Shown here: positions 13,747 through 27,879 of the stretch, piece after piece
Layout: each line of letters begins with the position of its first letter
How positions within the stretch are numbered: the stretch's first letter is position 1
Assembly (NCBI RefSeq): GCF_006345805.1
Contig: NC_043015.1
Coordinates: 15,624,001 to 15,688,000 of the forward strand
Reading direction: 5' to 3'
DNA length: 64,000 nt
From: Octopus sinensis
Lineage: Eukaryota
Made by a program: the position numbers and the translations under genes
The notes under the pieces: generated by a model
What the model was told of the DNA's origin: nothing
Database searches by the model: none
The model's input: the letters and a program-made list of their open reading frames with translations, nothing else

Positions 13747-15743
13747 TACTCCAGGTTCGATTTCTTTATTACACAAATATCATGTTAAAATTTTGCAATT
13801 AAACATGTGGCCCCCCAAAAATATAGGAATTATTTTACTGGAATTTGCACACTTCGTTTATTTACGTAAACATTTTTTATTTATTTTCTTTGTCAGCTCT
13901 ATGTATTTATAAGTCACACACGCACAGGCGTTTTTGTATGTACGTTTGTATACATTTATATATATGTATATATGTATATAGTGTGTGTGTGTGCGTGTGT
14001 GCATGTGTGTGTGTGTGTGTGAGTTTGAGTGAGTGAAAAGTGTATTGTCATGTATTCGTACATACACAAATACATATGCATACATCTTTTTTGTATGTAT
14101 GTATGTATGTGTGTGAGAGAGAGAGAGAGTGATAAGTGGCACTCGCTCTCTCACACACGCACGCACGCACACGCACACATACATACAAGAATGATGTACG
14201 CCTATTATCTATGTATGTACGTATATATGACAACACACCCCTTCACTCACTCACTCTCTCTCTCTCTCTCTCACTCTCTCTCTCTCTCTCACACACCTCC
14301 ATTTCATCTGTGGTTTGATACTGTGTGTATATGTACCTGTGTGTGTATGCAGTCGGCGTTCCACAATCGTTAGAAAAATACAGTGAAATTTTCTTTCTTG
14401 ATATTCCTGGTGACACACGTAAAACATTTGTCACATTACTTCTCTCCAAAGTAAGGCAAAAAAAATTGCAGTTGCTGTACCATTGTCTGGCTTTACTGCC
14501 ACCATTCTCACAGGAGGACGAACAGCTCATTCTGCTTTTAAAATACCACTAAACCTGGTAATTTGTAACATAAGCAAAATTCAGGTTCAGCAGAAGTGTT
14601 GTACCAATGACATATGATCATTTGGGATGAATGCACCATGTCACATAGAGGTGCAATGGAAGCCCTTGGTAACACCTTACAAGACATTGGAGGCAACAAT
14701 AAATTTATGGGAAGATTTACATTACTTTTGTCAGGAGAATTCAGACAGACATTACCAGTCATTCTGAGACAAACAAGATCTGATGAAATAAAAGCATGGA
14801 ATAAAGTTCTGAAATTCTCCTTCAATACTAACATGCCAGCTTCATTACATGGGGACCAATGTGGAAAACAGTTTTCAACCTGCCTCCTCCAATTAGGAAA
14901 TGAGAAAGTACCACTTAATGGGAATGGTGATATCAGTTTGGCTCATATTGCTATCATGATGAATTCCCCAGCTCAATTGAAGAACAAGGTATTACCAGAC
15001 TTAAGTGATGATAATAATTTACATAAATGGTTGTGTGAAAGGGCAATTCTTAATCCCCAAAAATGAGACAATAGCAAGAATTAATCATGAATTAATGAAT
15101 AAGATTCCAACAGTCATTAAGAAGTACAAATCAGTTGATTCAGTCCTTGATGAAAATCAAGCTGTCCATTACTCAACAGAGTTCCTTAATTCTCTTGAGC
15201 CACCTGGAATTCCTCTACATAAACCTTTTTTGAAGGTAGGTGTCCCAATAATGCTTCTAAGAAATTTAGATTCTCCTAAATTATGCAATGGGACAAGGTT
15301 GATTGTGAAGACATTATCACCTAATGTGACAGAAGCTACCATCATCATTGGATGTGCCTCTGGGGAAGAGATTTTCATTCTAAGAGTTCCAATCAAACCA
15401 ACAGTTCAAACAAACAGAATTCCCAGTGCGACTTACTTTTGCAATGTCTATTAATACAGCTCAAGGTCAGTCTTTGAAATCTATTGGCTTGATTTTCTCA
15501 TGGCCAACTTTGTTGGTTGCTCCAGGGTAGGTTGTTTGCAAGACTTGTTTGTCAATGCTCCAAATCAGAAAACAAAGAATCTTGTTTACCCAGAAGCCCT
15601 TACATAATTTCCTTCAAACATATGTGGTAGAATTTATCTCTTCATAAAAGTGGTAAATTTTGCATTTTCGTTTATTATTATTATTATTATTATTATTGTT
15701 GTTGTTGTTGTTGTTGTTGGTATTATTGTTGTTGTTGTTGTTG

Positions 15744-15786
<43 letters not shown>

Positions 15787-15843
15787 GCTTCCAATATGTA
15801 AGGAAAATTTTCATTCCCGGGCAACACCGGGTGCCTATGCTGG
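12492..15843 (+). mobile_element. Internally deleted Helitron retaining helicase remnant
   Basis: 5' A|TCTAATATATAAAATAG at 12492; 3' hairpin CCCGG-GCAACA-CCGGG (15816-15831) then CTGG|T at 15840-15844. Confidence 0.8.
14340..15600 (+). pseudogene. Helitron PIF1-like helicase remnant
   Basis: FFLDIPGDTRKTF (decayed Walker A), IIWDECTM, SGEFRQTLPV, LNSLEPPGIP...PIMLLRNL...LCNGTRL; frameshifted. Confidence 0.9.
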
Positions 15844-15990
15844 TAATATATAAAATTCATAAATAGTAATTGCATGGGAACACATTATTTATTGCGTGGT
15901 CATTCTTTTCTAAAAACGAAGAGTTTACTTAATCAACAATGGCATTCTAATGGTCATGCTAACAGGCCTATGTCAGTTAATAAAATGTTA

Positions 15991-16038
<48 letters not shown>

Positions 16039-16040
<2 letters not shown>

Positions 16041-16300
16041 AGGCGCAATGGCTCAGTGGTTAGGGCAGCGGACTCGCGGTCGTAGGATCGCGGTTTCGAT
16101 TCCAAGACCGGGCGTTGTGAGTTTTTATTGAGCGAAAACACCTAAAGCTCCACGAGGCTCCGGCAGGGGGTGGTGGCGAGCCCTGCTGTACTCTTTCGCC
16201 ACAACTTTCTTTCACTCTTTCATCTGTTGGCCTGCTCGCTTAGCCTGCGGGGTGGCGTCATTTGAAGGCTAAAACAATGCGCATTGTGGTCGGTCACGGT
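16039..16300 (+). mobile_element. tRNA-derived SINE (family C head)
   Basis: A-box TGGCTCAGTGG (16049), B-box GGTTTCGATTCC (16092). Confidence 0.75.
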
Positions 16301-16645
16301 GATCACGGTGATATATATATATATCGTGAAGTATATTTGCCACCTAATGTGACTAACCCTTAAAGGTCGATGCTACTATAGCTTGTAGCTCCATGAAGAT
16401 ATCTTCTCCAACTGGCTATTGACACACTATCTGTGCCCAATCAGTATTTGCAAAGGGAAGTCATCATTCTCCAGCCTGACGTGATACACACGGACCCGAG
16501 TTGTAGGGCATTGATCCGTCATCAGCGTGTGACAATCACCGGTTGGCGATGGAAAGTGATTCTCAATGCAAATGTATATACTTTTTCCAGTGACGAAAAG
16601 TCACTGATCTCGAAAAAGTGGAAATAAGCAATAATAATCTCTGAG

Positions 16646-16723
<78 letters not shown>

Positions 16724-16952
16724 TATATATAAATGGGAAGTTTACGAAAATAAACAAAAGACGAAGGCAGGTGGAGTACAAACAAACAAATGTTTTAGTA
16801 TAGCGCTCAGGAATAGAAATAGAAAAAGTCTTTTACTTTTCGAGCCTACGCTCTTCGACAAAGATACACAGAAAAAAAAAACAAGGAGAGAAATAAAGAG
16901 AGACGGATTAACGATTAACAAAGTTAACTTTTCAATTAACGGTGCCCACCTC

Positions 16953-17026
<74 letters not shown>

Positions 17027-17661
17027 GTGTGTGTGTGTGTGTATGTGTGTAATACACACACACACACATATATATATAAAACCTAAAACCATCTTTAGTG
17101 TTCATATTAATCTGTCAAATGTAATGCTTATTTGTTCCCGTTATTTTGAATTATTCAGGTTCAAGAGGGGTATCCACAATATTTGCCTGTAACTTTGTAA
17201 ATTTTTACATACAAATTTGAAATTTTGTCAGTGGGTGCTTTATATATCACTGATTTATTGTTATGGAATTTTAGTTGATTTTGCTGAGTAAATTTGACAG
17301 GTAAATTTAATTAACAGGTGTAAAAGTAATAACATTATGAATAAACACTAAAATTGAAATTCTTAATGCATCTTATCTGTTTGATTAGGAAGGAGGGCTT
17401 TACAATCCAAAACTATAGTTTTTTTTTTCTTTTGCTTAGAGTTTAAAAAATGCTGACTTAATAGTGTTAAATTTCAAAGGGCCTAAAAAAGCCTGGTTTC
17501 ATAGTTATGGGCCCTTTTTTTAGGTTTTTAAAGGCTTTTAGAGTCAGAAAGGGGTAATAAAAAAACTCAAATGAAACACAATATTAGTATTAAACTAAAA
17601 AAAAGTTTATTGATGAAGTGGCCGTAAAAAAATAAAAAATAAAAAACAATATATACATAAC

Positions 17662-18461
17662 TTAATTTTTCCTCTTCTCCATTTTGTTGATGAGATTCAT
17701 GTTGCCCTTCATGAAAATTAACATAATGAAATTTCCATCAGACAAGGACGATCCCTTGGCACTCAATATGTCCTTGCCCATGGAAAATAAACGTTCAATT
17801 TCAGCACTAGAAGGGATGGCTGCGTTGAACTTGATGAACAACTCCTCCAACACTTGTTCACTCAAGAAGGCAGCATCTGTCAGTAGATCTTTGGAGTTGG
17901 TCCCCAACCAGGTCTTTACCAAATTCTGGGAGTTGTCCTTCGGTGACCTGTGGCTTCCGCTCTCTTTTTGTTGGGTGACACCACTGAAGAAATTATCCCC
18001 CACTTCTTCGCTGTTGCTACCTCCACTGTTGCTGCTCACTTCCTCAGACTGCTGCCTCATGGCCTCCTCGACCTTATCCTCCATGCTTCTACTCACCTTG
18101 GTGAACTTGTTGTTATCATACCTATCCAACCAGATGAGGTGAAACCTGGGGTGGAAGGCAGCAGCCAGTTGGCATTCCTCATTGTCCAGGAGGGTTGCAA
18201 ATCTTTTGTCGATGACTACCAAAACTACGTCGACCAAGGGGCCAAGACTGCGTCGACTAGGGGGGCCAAAACTGCGTCAACCAAGGGGCTGCAGTAGACG
18301 AGTCTTGGGTTAACGGACTTGAGTTAAAGGAAATTAAATGTAACGGAAGTTAATTAGTCCAATAATGATTTTCGTAGTTAAATTAAAAGTTAAATCGTTA
18401 ACGAAAATTTTAACTTCGTTAATTAACGATTAACGGATTAACGGACTTGCGCCCAGCTTTG
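17662..18461 (-). mobile_element. hAT transposon remnant (transposase C-terminus plus one terminus)
   Basis: ORF 17662-18237 with FHPRF and FIKFNAAIPSSAEIERLFS dimerization motif; terminus CAAAGCTGGGCGCAAGTCCGTTAA at 18461 with TTAAC subterminal repeats. Confidence 0.85.
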
Positions 18462-18536
18462 TACACACACACACATGTGTATATATGTGTGTGTTTGCAT
18501 ATGTGGATGTGCATATGAAGATACTCGCAGACAAAA

Positions 18537-18573
18537 GTCAGACAGACAGAGACAGACAGAGACAAGCAGACAC

Positions 18574-18667
<94 letters not shown>

Positions 18668-18689
18668 GCAGACAGATAGACAGATAGAC

Positions 18690-18743
<54 letters not shown>

Positions 18744-18756
18744 GTAGGTAGGTAGG

Positions 18757-18808
<52 letters not shown>

Positions 18809-18924
18809 TAGACAGACAGATAGATAGATAGGTAGGTAGGTAGGTAGGTAGATAGATAGATAGATAGATAGATAGATGGATGGATGGATGGATGGATGGA
18901 TGGATGGATGGATGGATGGATGGA

Positions 18925-18959
<35 letters not shown>

Positions 18960-18981
18960 GCAGACAGATAGACAGATAGAC

Positions 18982-19028
<47 letters not shown>
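18537..19028. repeat. Compound (GATA/GACA/GGTA/GGAT)n microsatellite
   Basis: Direct inspection. Confidence 0.95.
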
Positions 19029-19029
<1 letters not shown>

Positions 19030-19216
19030 GTTATTTTACCATTCCTGTTTTTCTTTTTTTAATCTTTATATTTAAGTGAATTTTGACGTTTGAATACTTT
19101 ATTGCAAACTTCCTCTATTTCATAGCCTAGATAAACTTTTCTTGGTTATTAATAAACCCTTTCTTGTTTTTTGTGTTATGCCCTTATCACTGTCACAATT
19201 ATTATTATTATTATTA

Positions 19217-19249
<33 letters not shown>

Positions 19250-19530
19250 CATTATTATTATTATTATTATTAAATGTAACTACTTCTTATCTCCATTATC
19301 TTTACTAGCAGAAACACCGCTCTCCAGGCGGTTGTTAACTAGTTATGTACTTTATATAGGAAATTTGGTCTTTTAGCCTATACAGAAGTGTATTGTCCTT
19401 TCTTTATCTAAGATTGCTGGGTGAGATTTGAATGAAATTTGGAATGATGTTTATAAGAGGGCGAGTTGTGGTGGTTTGCGTACGAGCGCTTTGAGTTACT
19501 TCGGGAGTTTGTGATTGCTTGTGGAATGAA
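19030..19530 (-). mobile_element. Possible Penelope GIY-YIG endonuclease remnant interrupted by (TTA)n
   Basis: Weak manual similarity: SKRSYANHHNSPSY resembles KxRYxNHxxSF; ERCFC downstream; heavily decayed. Confidence 0.3.
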
Positions 19531-19572
19531 GGGGTGGTAATGTTTCGGTTATACATACGGCAGTGTTTTGTA

Positions 19573-19662
<90 letters not shown>

Positions 19663-19683
19663 CCTATCTATATATATTATATA

Positions 19684-19736
<53 letters not shown>

Positions 19737-20099
19737 TGTATGTTTATGTATATATGTATATGTAGACGCATGTATTACAACCAAAAATGGGCACGAGCAC
19801 GCACACACATATACATCGAACAAAATGTATGTTGCGTGTGTGTTTTCCTTTGAGATTTATTAAATAAATCTTAATGGAGTCCAAGCCAGTCGTTTACAAA
19901 CGTGACATTTCAGAATAATCAGGTGGAGGTGGGGTAAATAATTTGTAATAATGTTGAAATGAAGTTTCGAAACAAGTGTATCACTGTAAATATGAGGGAG
20001 AACCATTGAATATTTAGTGGGCAGGGCCGTCTTGTGCACCCCTTTAGCGATACACACAACTGTGTGCATGAATTCAATTGAATATTTTGCCAATTTTCA

Positions 20100-20640
20100 C
20101 CGTGCCGCTAATAGATTGGATTTAGAAGACACGTGTCAGTTTATTTTGCTTTTTCTTATGAAAACCCAGAATTTCTAGATTTTTGTACAGTTCTGTAGAT
20201 ACATAGCCTAATGCGCCTATGATGATGGGTAGAAGTGAAAATTTATAACCAGGATACAAGACTTGGAAGTTCCGCATTAATTCACCATAAATGCTCACTT
20301 TTTCCCGAACTTTTGATGGTACGTTATATCCGCTTTTCTAAACTTTTACGCAGATCTTTTGCCACATAGTCCAGTGCATCTTTGATAATAAGTACAAACG
20401 AAAATCTATAGCATGGATGTAAGAACTGTAGGTTTCTCGTAAGTTCTTCATAGATGTTCTCTTTTTCCCGACTTTTGACGAGACATTTACATTCACCGAG
20501 CAACTGATCTCAACAACACTGCATGATTTTTGTTTCCTCTCCCATACAGTAGCTGTCCTATTGCGCTTACACTTAATTACTGCTTCTATTGGAATGTTTC
20601 ATCAATATTCTTTATTTCTAAAAGTGTAAGTATATTCTAG
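20100..20640 (-). mobile_element. R4/Dong-like LINE RLE fragment with internal duplication
   Basis: VVEISC...KVGKKENIYEEL and KVREKVSIYGELMRNFQVLYPGYKFSLLPIIIGALGYV; may extend to about 22100. Confidence 0.6.
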
Positions 20641-23036
20641 TTCTGAAGTGCCTTTGGTATAACCCGTCAGGACAATATTTCTTGCAGACAGTTTTATCGA
20701 CAATATCATGTTTATGGGAAAGTAATATCTTGTGTACATTTTTGGATATTTACAGATATGGGTGATATCCTCCACACTGATGTAGCACAATCAACATTTT
20801 GTAAAAAAAAAAAAAAAAAGTAGAGGTCTAGAGGTCTCCATATATCTCTTGTCTCGATTTTCTATTTAATAGTTATTATTTGTTCCTGAATAGCATGGCA
20901 TTCTAGGAAATATATGATATCTTTACTGCAGGTTCAGGACAGGATGCTATTTCTATCAGTGTTATTGGCATTCTCTAACTTGAAGAATACGTACCCATAT
21001 AAAGTTTTCTACATACATGACGAATATTTATCCCACAAGTTTGTTTAATTAAGTCACCTTTGGTTCTCAGAGAGCAGCTGTGCACACAGAATACCTGCTC
21101 GGGAGTTCTTCGCCTAATTTCACGATATCATTTTCACAGTCGAGTACACACAAGATAAACTCATTTTTCTCTTTACTGTCCAGAAGGTGTTGTGTAAGTG
21201 ACACGATGCAGAACTTGTGTATAACTTTTACATCACATTCCAGAACGCTATGAGCTTACAGTGTTTAGATACATGTCATGCCTATGTTTTTTAGCTACAA
21301 GTGTTGAGCGTAGAACTGCCATCCAGTTTGGTCAATCAAGCTTAGCGTTCATTGTTCTTCTGAGCAGGTTAACGAGGGCTGTCCTATAGCTCGTGAGTTT
21401 TCTCTGCCATCGGGCATAGAATGATACAGTTATACAACAACTGTCAGGATAGGTGATAAACTTCGCTGTTGATATAAATTTTTGGAGAGACATTCGCACC
21501 GTAAATCATCTAAGCACATTGCATCGTGATTTGTTGTTTGTTTACATTCCAGATCGCTCCTCAAAATGACTTTAGATCATCTTGAGGACCATCTAAGATC
21601 TTCATGGAGTGGCCTCTGATACTGTAATAAATCGTTTGAGGGTTTAGTGCAAACTACCCTTTTTACTTACATTCGCAGTTTGTGTTTAAGAGCAATTAGT
21701 TTGTTCGTTAATATCTCTTGTTCACAACTCCCATAGACCCTAAATAATTTATCTTAAAGTCACAGCTGATGGTGATTGACTTAATGATAGTGTCTTATTG
21801 TCCAAAATTTTCTCTGAATTTGTCGGTATTTGTCTGGATAGACGTAATCTATTTTGGTTGTGTTTTCTTGGTTTGGTTATGACTGACCTTTTTTGTTCCT
21901 ACATTGGCGAATGGTAACTGCATCACTGTACAGTAGAGCATACAATATCCAAAAGTTGAAATCCTCGTTTTCTGCTAGTTGTCTCTTAGCTACTTAGTGC
22001 ATTAGTTTATATCCTCAGTTTAGTTGTAGTTATTTATTCACGTAGAGGTGAAATTTTGAATGAATTTTGCTGTTAATTGTGCTTTGAGTTGTTTGTTTTC
22101 TACAGTCATTGCGACTGTCTACAAGCGGTGAGAAGACAGAATCATTAGCGCGTCGAACAAAATGCTAGCGGCATTTCTTCCGGTTCTTTACGTTCTGAGT
22201 TTTAAATATTGCTGAAGTAGATTTGGCCTTACATCCTTTTGAAGTCGATAAAATAAATACCAGCTGAGCACGGGGGGGGGTCAATGTAATCGATTTCCTC
22301 CTCCCTTCAAAATTGCTGACATTGTCCCAAACTTAGAAGCAAAATCACTATGACTGTTAATTCATAATTTATTACCACTCATTCGTATAATGGCTGCATA
22401 TTTACTTAAGTATTATTCTTGTTATAGCAATGGTCAAGATCTGTGCAGTCTACGATCTTCCCAGAAAAAGTACCATTTGACTTGTCCTGACTTTTAGTTA
22501 ATGTGCGATTTTGAGGCTGGTAGAGATAGTATCACATTTATTTTTCATCTAAGGTTGCTTGTTGATGGAGTCGCTTGGTACTGAACTGCCAATAGTCGTG
22601 GTACTCAACAACATTTTCATATGGACATTCGAATGACCTTCACCAGCCATTTTATAGAATTAGTATAGGTCTTGATTCAATTCAAAGGTCCACTGAAATT
22701 GCTCTCCGTAGCCCCTTGACCTGCGGTAGTTGACCCCTGTCCCTTGTCTAACTATGGTGTGTGCAAATATGATAGTAAAAGCACATGTTGGGTTTATGTT
22801 GATTTTCATTGCTCAATTACTGCTATGATCTTCCGTTGAGAAATGCCTCTTCGCAAGGATCGGTTAATCAACTTTTTACCAGGCTTGTATCAATAGCAAA
22901 CGTTCTAGAAAATGGTATTTATCACACGAAAGATGCATTTCCCAAATGCTGATGTCATTCACTTCAATGCCAATTAATGTGTGCATGTGTCTCCACGTGT
23001 GTATGTCATCTGTGTGTACACATGTGTGTGTGTGTT

Positions 23037-23096
<60 letters not shown>

Positions 23097-23149
23097 TTTA
23101 TAGATATATATCTGTCACACGAAAATGCGTATATGTATGAAACACACAC

Positions 23150-23203
<54 letters not shown>

Positions 23204-23448
23204 ATTTCCTCTACGAATACAAGGCATGCAATACGTGCCTATGGTGTATAACTGAATGCAAACAACATCCGATTTTAATAGACATCTTTCCTTTTTATGA
23301 GAGACAGCTGGAAAGAGACTGCATATATGCTGTACTTGTCCTACTTCAGTTATATGGTTTTGATTTTTAAATTGCAAGCAACCCTCGTTACATGCGCGCA
23401 CACACGCACATGCACACACACACACACACACTCTCTCTCTCTCTATCT

Positions 23449-23479
<31 letters not shown>

Positions 23480-23779
23480 CACACACACACACACAAACAC
23501 ACATTTCAAAATCATCAATGAAAAACTTATGGCCGGTTGTATTATTTGAAATGGAGAGGCGTGGAACAAAAAGTAAAAGGAATTGAAATTTTGAAAATAT
23601 TTTGTGGAAGTGCAATCTTGCACTTTATCTTCGGAAGTGGAAGTTTTCCAAAATAGAAATAGAAAGTCCAATTCACTTCGTTGTTTGTACATATGCTAAA
23701 AATATGAGTATTCACAGAAAAATTTCGCTACAGCAATTTTTCCGATTGTGACTATCCTATCTTTTAATCTCGAACACTT

Positions 23780-24026
23780 AAAACTAACTGTAAATCTAAC
23801 CCGTAAACCTAAACTCAACCCTAGTCCTAATCCCTAACTCTACAACCAACCATAATCCTAATCAAAACCTTTAGTTTTAACTTCTAACCACAAAATCCAA
23901 CCTGAAATTCAACTCTAATGCCGAAACATTTACTCTAAGCTCAACTAAACCTGAACGCCGAACCTAGTTTAAAACTCTAATCTCTAACCTAGATTCTAAG
24001 CCTTAACCCAAACCTAACTCCTAAAC
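23780..24026. repeat. Degenerate telomere-like (CCCTAA-type) tract
   Basis: Roughly 6-nt periodic AACCCT/AACTCT/AATCCT variants. Confidence 0.6.
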
Positions 24027-24715
24027 TTATCTCAACTTTTGAAACCGTTATTGCTGTTATTTATCGTTAAAGCTGAATTTGTTTTGGAAGTTCCATGAGT
24101 TTGTGTCTTGTTTTCCTTTTAGGAGTGTTTTATTTTTTTATTTTATTGTTCTACCTTGCCTCTCAGTTGACCAGAACCATAAGGGGTTGATCGGCTGTTT
24201 TATCACTCGCCTTGCAGCAAAAAAGTTTAAAAGGAAAAAAAATTGGAAACTACTACCACCACCATCACCACTACCATCACCACCACCCAGAATATGGGAG
24301 TTGCTTTTTAATAACAATGCACAAATACCACCTAAACAGCAGTTTCGCCTCTACTTACGAAAACAATAAAGTGAATTAAATGCTCCCGTAACTAGAGCAA
24401 AAAATATTCCAGGACATATAGCGAGAAATACATTCAATTGTCGGGAAAAAGTTATGGCACTATCCGTTGTATATTCGAAATTGAAGAGCTAGTCAAAACA
24501 CGGGCTGAAATTGCCAGACATACTTCCGACTATATATTTGTACTCAAGGATATGAGTCAAAGAATACAATAGTGGTAATAATAGACAATGAAAGTCATGT
24601 ATATCTCACTCACACTCTCTCCCCCGCTCTCTCCCCATCTCTCACTCACTCTCTTTCTCTCTCACACATACATATGTAGTGAATCTTGACTAAAAACTAC
24701 AACAATCTTTGCCGT

Positions 24716-24750
<35 letters not shown>

Positions 24751-24811
24751 CTGTTACTCCCTATATATATATTCTTTTTCTCTCCTTTTACATATTTGCT
24801 TTATACATACA

Positions 24812-24842
<31 letters not shown>

Positions 24843-25013
24843 TTATATAGCATGTGTTGTTAAATGGTGTTTGACTGCAGAGAAAGTCTTTAAAGACATA
24901 GTTAAAAAAATACACAATATACTTTAAGGACAAGTTAAACGAATCACCCCAGATGTGAACGCGGACGCCGGCTATCGATATATCACTGCTATTTCAGCTC
25001 TTCAGTGATGAAT

Positions 25014-25060
25014 GAACACTGATGAATTGAAATGTCAATGAAATATCGATATCCTTGTTC
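25014..25060 (+). ncRNA. Hammerhead-like motif with offset stem I
   Basis: GAACA-CUGAUGA-AUUGA(AAUG)UCAAU-GAAA-UA(UCGA)UA-UC|CUUGUUC; core and stems II/III intact, stem I pairing displaced by 2 nt. Confidence 0.5.
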
Positions 25061-25942
25061 TCGTTCACCTCGTTCGTTGTGTCTTGCATTTAAGTATATT
25101 GAGTGATTTTTTTTTTAACAATCCCAGTCTTTAAAAGGATTTCTCTGGACGAGATACTGCCGCCATAAAGCGTTTAACAACGCTTATGCATTAAGTATGT
25201 GACATCGATAACCTTTTCATTCCAGATAATTTTTACATTATAGAGCTACTCCTAAATCTGAACTTCATGGACATGTGGTAATAAGTTTACTTCCCAACCA
25301 CATGGTTCCAGATTCAGTCCCACTGCGTGGTACCTTCTGCAAGTGCCTTCTATTATAACCTCTGAGCCAACCAAACCCTTGTGAGTGGATTTGATAGACG
25401 GAAAATGAAAGAAGCCTTCGCACACACACACACACTCACACACACACACGCGCGCGCGCGCACGCACGCACATAGACACACATATGTATCTTCCTCTTAT
25501 TTTGTATTACAAGAATTAAAGGATTATAAAAATGATTTTTAAATGTTTGAGTTAAAAATAAAGGATACAGGATCTTCGAATTTGTTTGAGAAGGAAACCT
25601 CTCCATTTTGATGTGTTCCCCACCATAGGCACACCGTGTGTGTGCGTGTATATTTTCCTTATATGTATATATATATATATTTATATATATATATATTCTG
25701 TAAATAATAATAACTATAACTTTAAGCTTATTAGCATTGACCGCGTATTGGCTAAAGATAATAGTCTAATATTAGGGCATATAAGACCTGACGGACGCAT
25801 ATATATATATATAATTTAGTACTTAGTGGTCTAGAAACATCTTTGCAATGTGGCTACACTGCAAATGATTCAAATATATTAATAAGATGTAGGTATTTCA
25901 TAAAAGAATTTATTTCCGTTTCAACTTTTATCATACGAAAGC

Positions 25943-27317
25943 TTATAATTCCAATGTGTCGTTTTGTTTGATTTGAAGTATTTTTAATTCCCCTTCAAAT
26001 ACTGGTTCCTTTTTTATGGGGAACTCATTCATGAGATCATTTTTTTTAACTTTTGTATTAGAGTATGGAACTTTAGTGTCTTCCACAGTAAGCACTTTTA
26101 AATTCTTCCCTAAAGTGGAAGATTTTGAAACAAATAGATGTTTATCATCCTCAGTAGGTATCAGTTGCTCTAATTTCTTAATAATATTTCCCAGTAGATT
26201 TTGCTCAGTCGATTCTGACTGTATGACTATAGCATTAGGTTTACTTTGCACTGCAGCTGGATGGAACATCCTTTCAGCAATAAATCGACCCGTTAATTTA
26301 TATTTTACTGAGTAATTTAGTGATGTATGATTTTTTCTACTTGAATTTGTAAATTTTTCAAGGTTTTTAACAGAAATATTTGAACGGTTATTGTTTGTCA
26401 AATGTGAAAGTTTTGCTTTTGAATGGATCTTAGAATCAGTCAATATAATTAGAAGTTTGCTGAGTTTATTGGAAATGTTCTTATTTATATGTATGCATTC
26501 TTTGTTCCTTCCCAGGCTATGTAGTTTGACATTACAACTTGGATAAATTTTGGTCATATTATCAAAACTACGTAAGTGCGCAGGTCTATGATGAAGTGAA
26601 TTCTTTTTAATTTTTGCATTGCTTCCACCAGCTAGTTTAGATCCAGTGAATTTTGACCGGAAATACCACTTTCTTGCAGAATCAATATTGTTGGTTTTTA
26701 AAGGATATTTGATCAAATTATTTGATTTTGGACTTACATATGGATTTCTAAGATTCCTTTGTAATTGAGGAACTAATAGAGAACCAAACCTATCATTGAC
26801 AAAACGTCTGAGATTATCAATTTTTTGTATTGGTCTTGGATTATGTTTCACCTCTAATTTTGGAGAAGACAGTTTTAGTGACATTGAAATTAAATTTTCC
26901 TTTTTGATAATTATTTTCACTTCTTCAGGTGCAAGTTCCTTTGTAGAAGAAGTATTTAATTTCCTCTCTTTCATATAACCATGAAGAATTAAAGCCCATT
27001 TAATCAAAATGCCATTATTTTCATTGTTCTGTGTATCAAAGATCTGTAGTGTCCAATTGCCTTTTGGATCTTCCTCCCAATGGTGAACACTAAGGAAATA
27101 AAAATCAATGCCATCTTTGGAACAATCAAGTTTTCTTGGAGAAAGCATTTGAGATTTTGTACCAGAAGGTGAGATAAGACATATTTGAAGCTCCCCACGG
27201 CAAGAATGTTTGAGTTTTATGTACAGCTGAACATGTTCCAAATGATTAATTTTCAGTGAGCCGCCTTCTATATTGCAGGAAATATTAATAAAAATTGGTT
27301 CTGCATGTGATATTTTT
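25943..27317 (-). CDS. Proprotein convertase (S8B, furin/PC family) terminal exon: P-domain plus long C-terminal tail
   Basis: Acceptor tttcag| at 27318-27320, phase 2; LEHVQL...CRGELQICLISPSGTKSQML...FLSVHHWEEDPKGNWTLQI...WALILHG; open to TAA at 25943. Confidence 0.92.
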
Positions 27318-27879
27318 CTGAAAGGAAAATATTTTTTACTATTTTATTATTGTAAAATAAAAAAAATATTACTTTTGTTTGATTTTGCATGATAGAGTAC
27401 TCGAGGAACTATTACATTATTTGAAAGCAAGAATTTCTACACAAAATCGAACCTCTGCTCATTTTGTAACAATTACAATTAAATGCTTTTCAAGTCTCTT
27501 TAACAACACAGTACTGAACTAGTTTAAACTAAGATTGACTACACTTAAAATGTGAATCTAATTAAGCAATGGAATTGTCAACATTGACTGTAGGTAATTA
27601 TATTTCTTATATAAGTCTATTATCAGTGCTGACACATATATTGCATCAAATTAGGAAGATTAAATTTGGCAATCATCAATATATTTATTCTAAGAAAAAG
27701 CAAACATTGTTAAATTAGTCATCAGAATTCTAGATGAATATCTATAATCAATGATTTGTTATTAATAAATTACTTCGCCATCAACAAAGAACTGTGGTTC
27801 TGTTGAATGTTAATTTTAAGAACATAAAGAATTTATTTATATGAGGTACAAAATATCTTATGTTTCTATTAAGACATAC

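Noticed and set aside
13670-14373. Many 60-130 aa ORFs rich in YI, CV, HT, LS or poly-I/N here and throughout the window
   Set aside because: These are translations of (TA)n, (GT)n, (CT)n and (TAA)n microsatellites, not genes.
16828-16870. Hammerhead-like GAGC-GTAG-GCTC-GAAA on the minus strand
   Set aside because: The upstream core reads GTCGAA rather than CUGANGA and stem III is broken.
25943-25960. C-terminal TLEL as an ER-retention signal
   Set aside because: It does not fit the KDEL/HDEL-type consensus.
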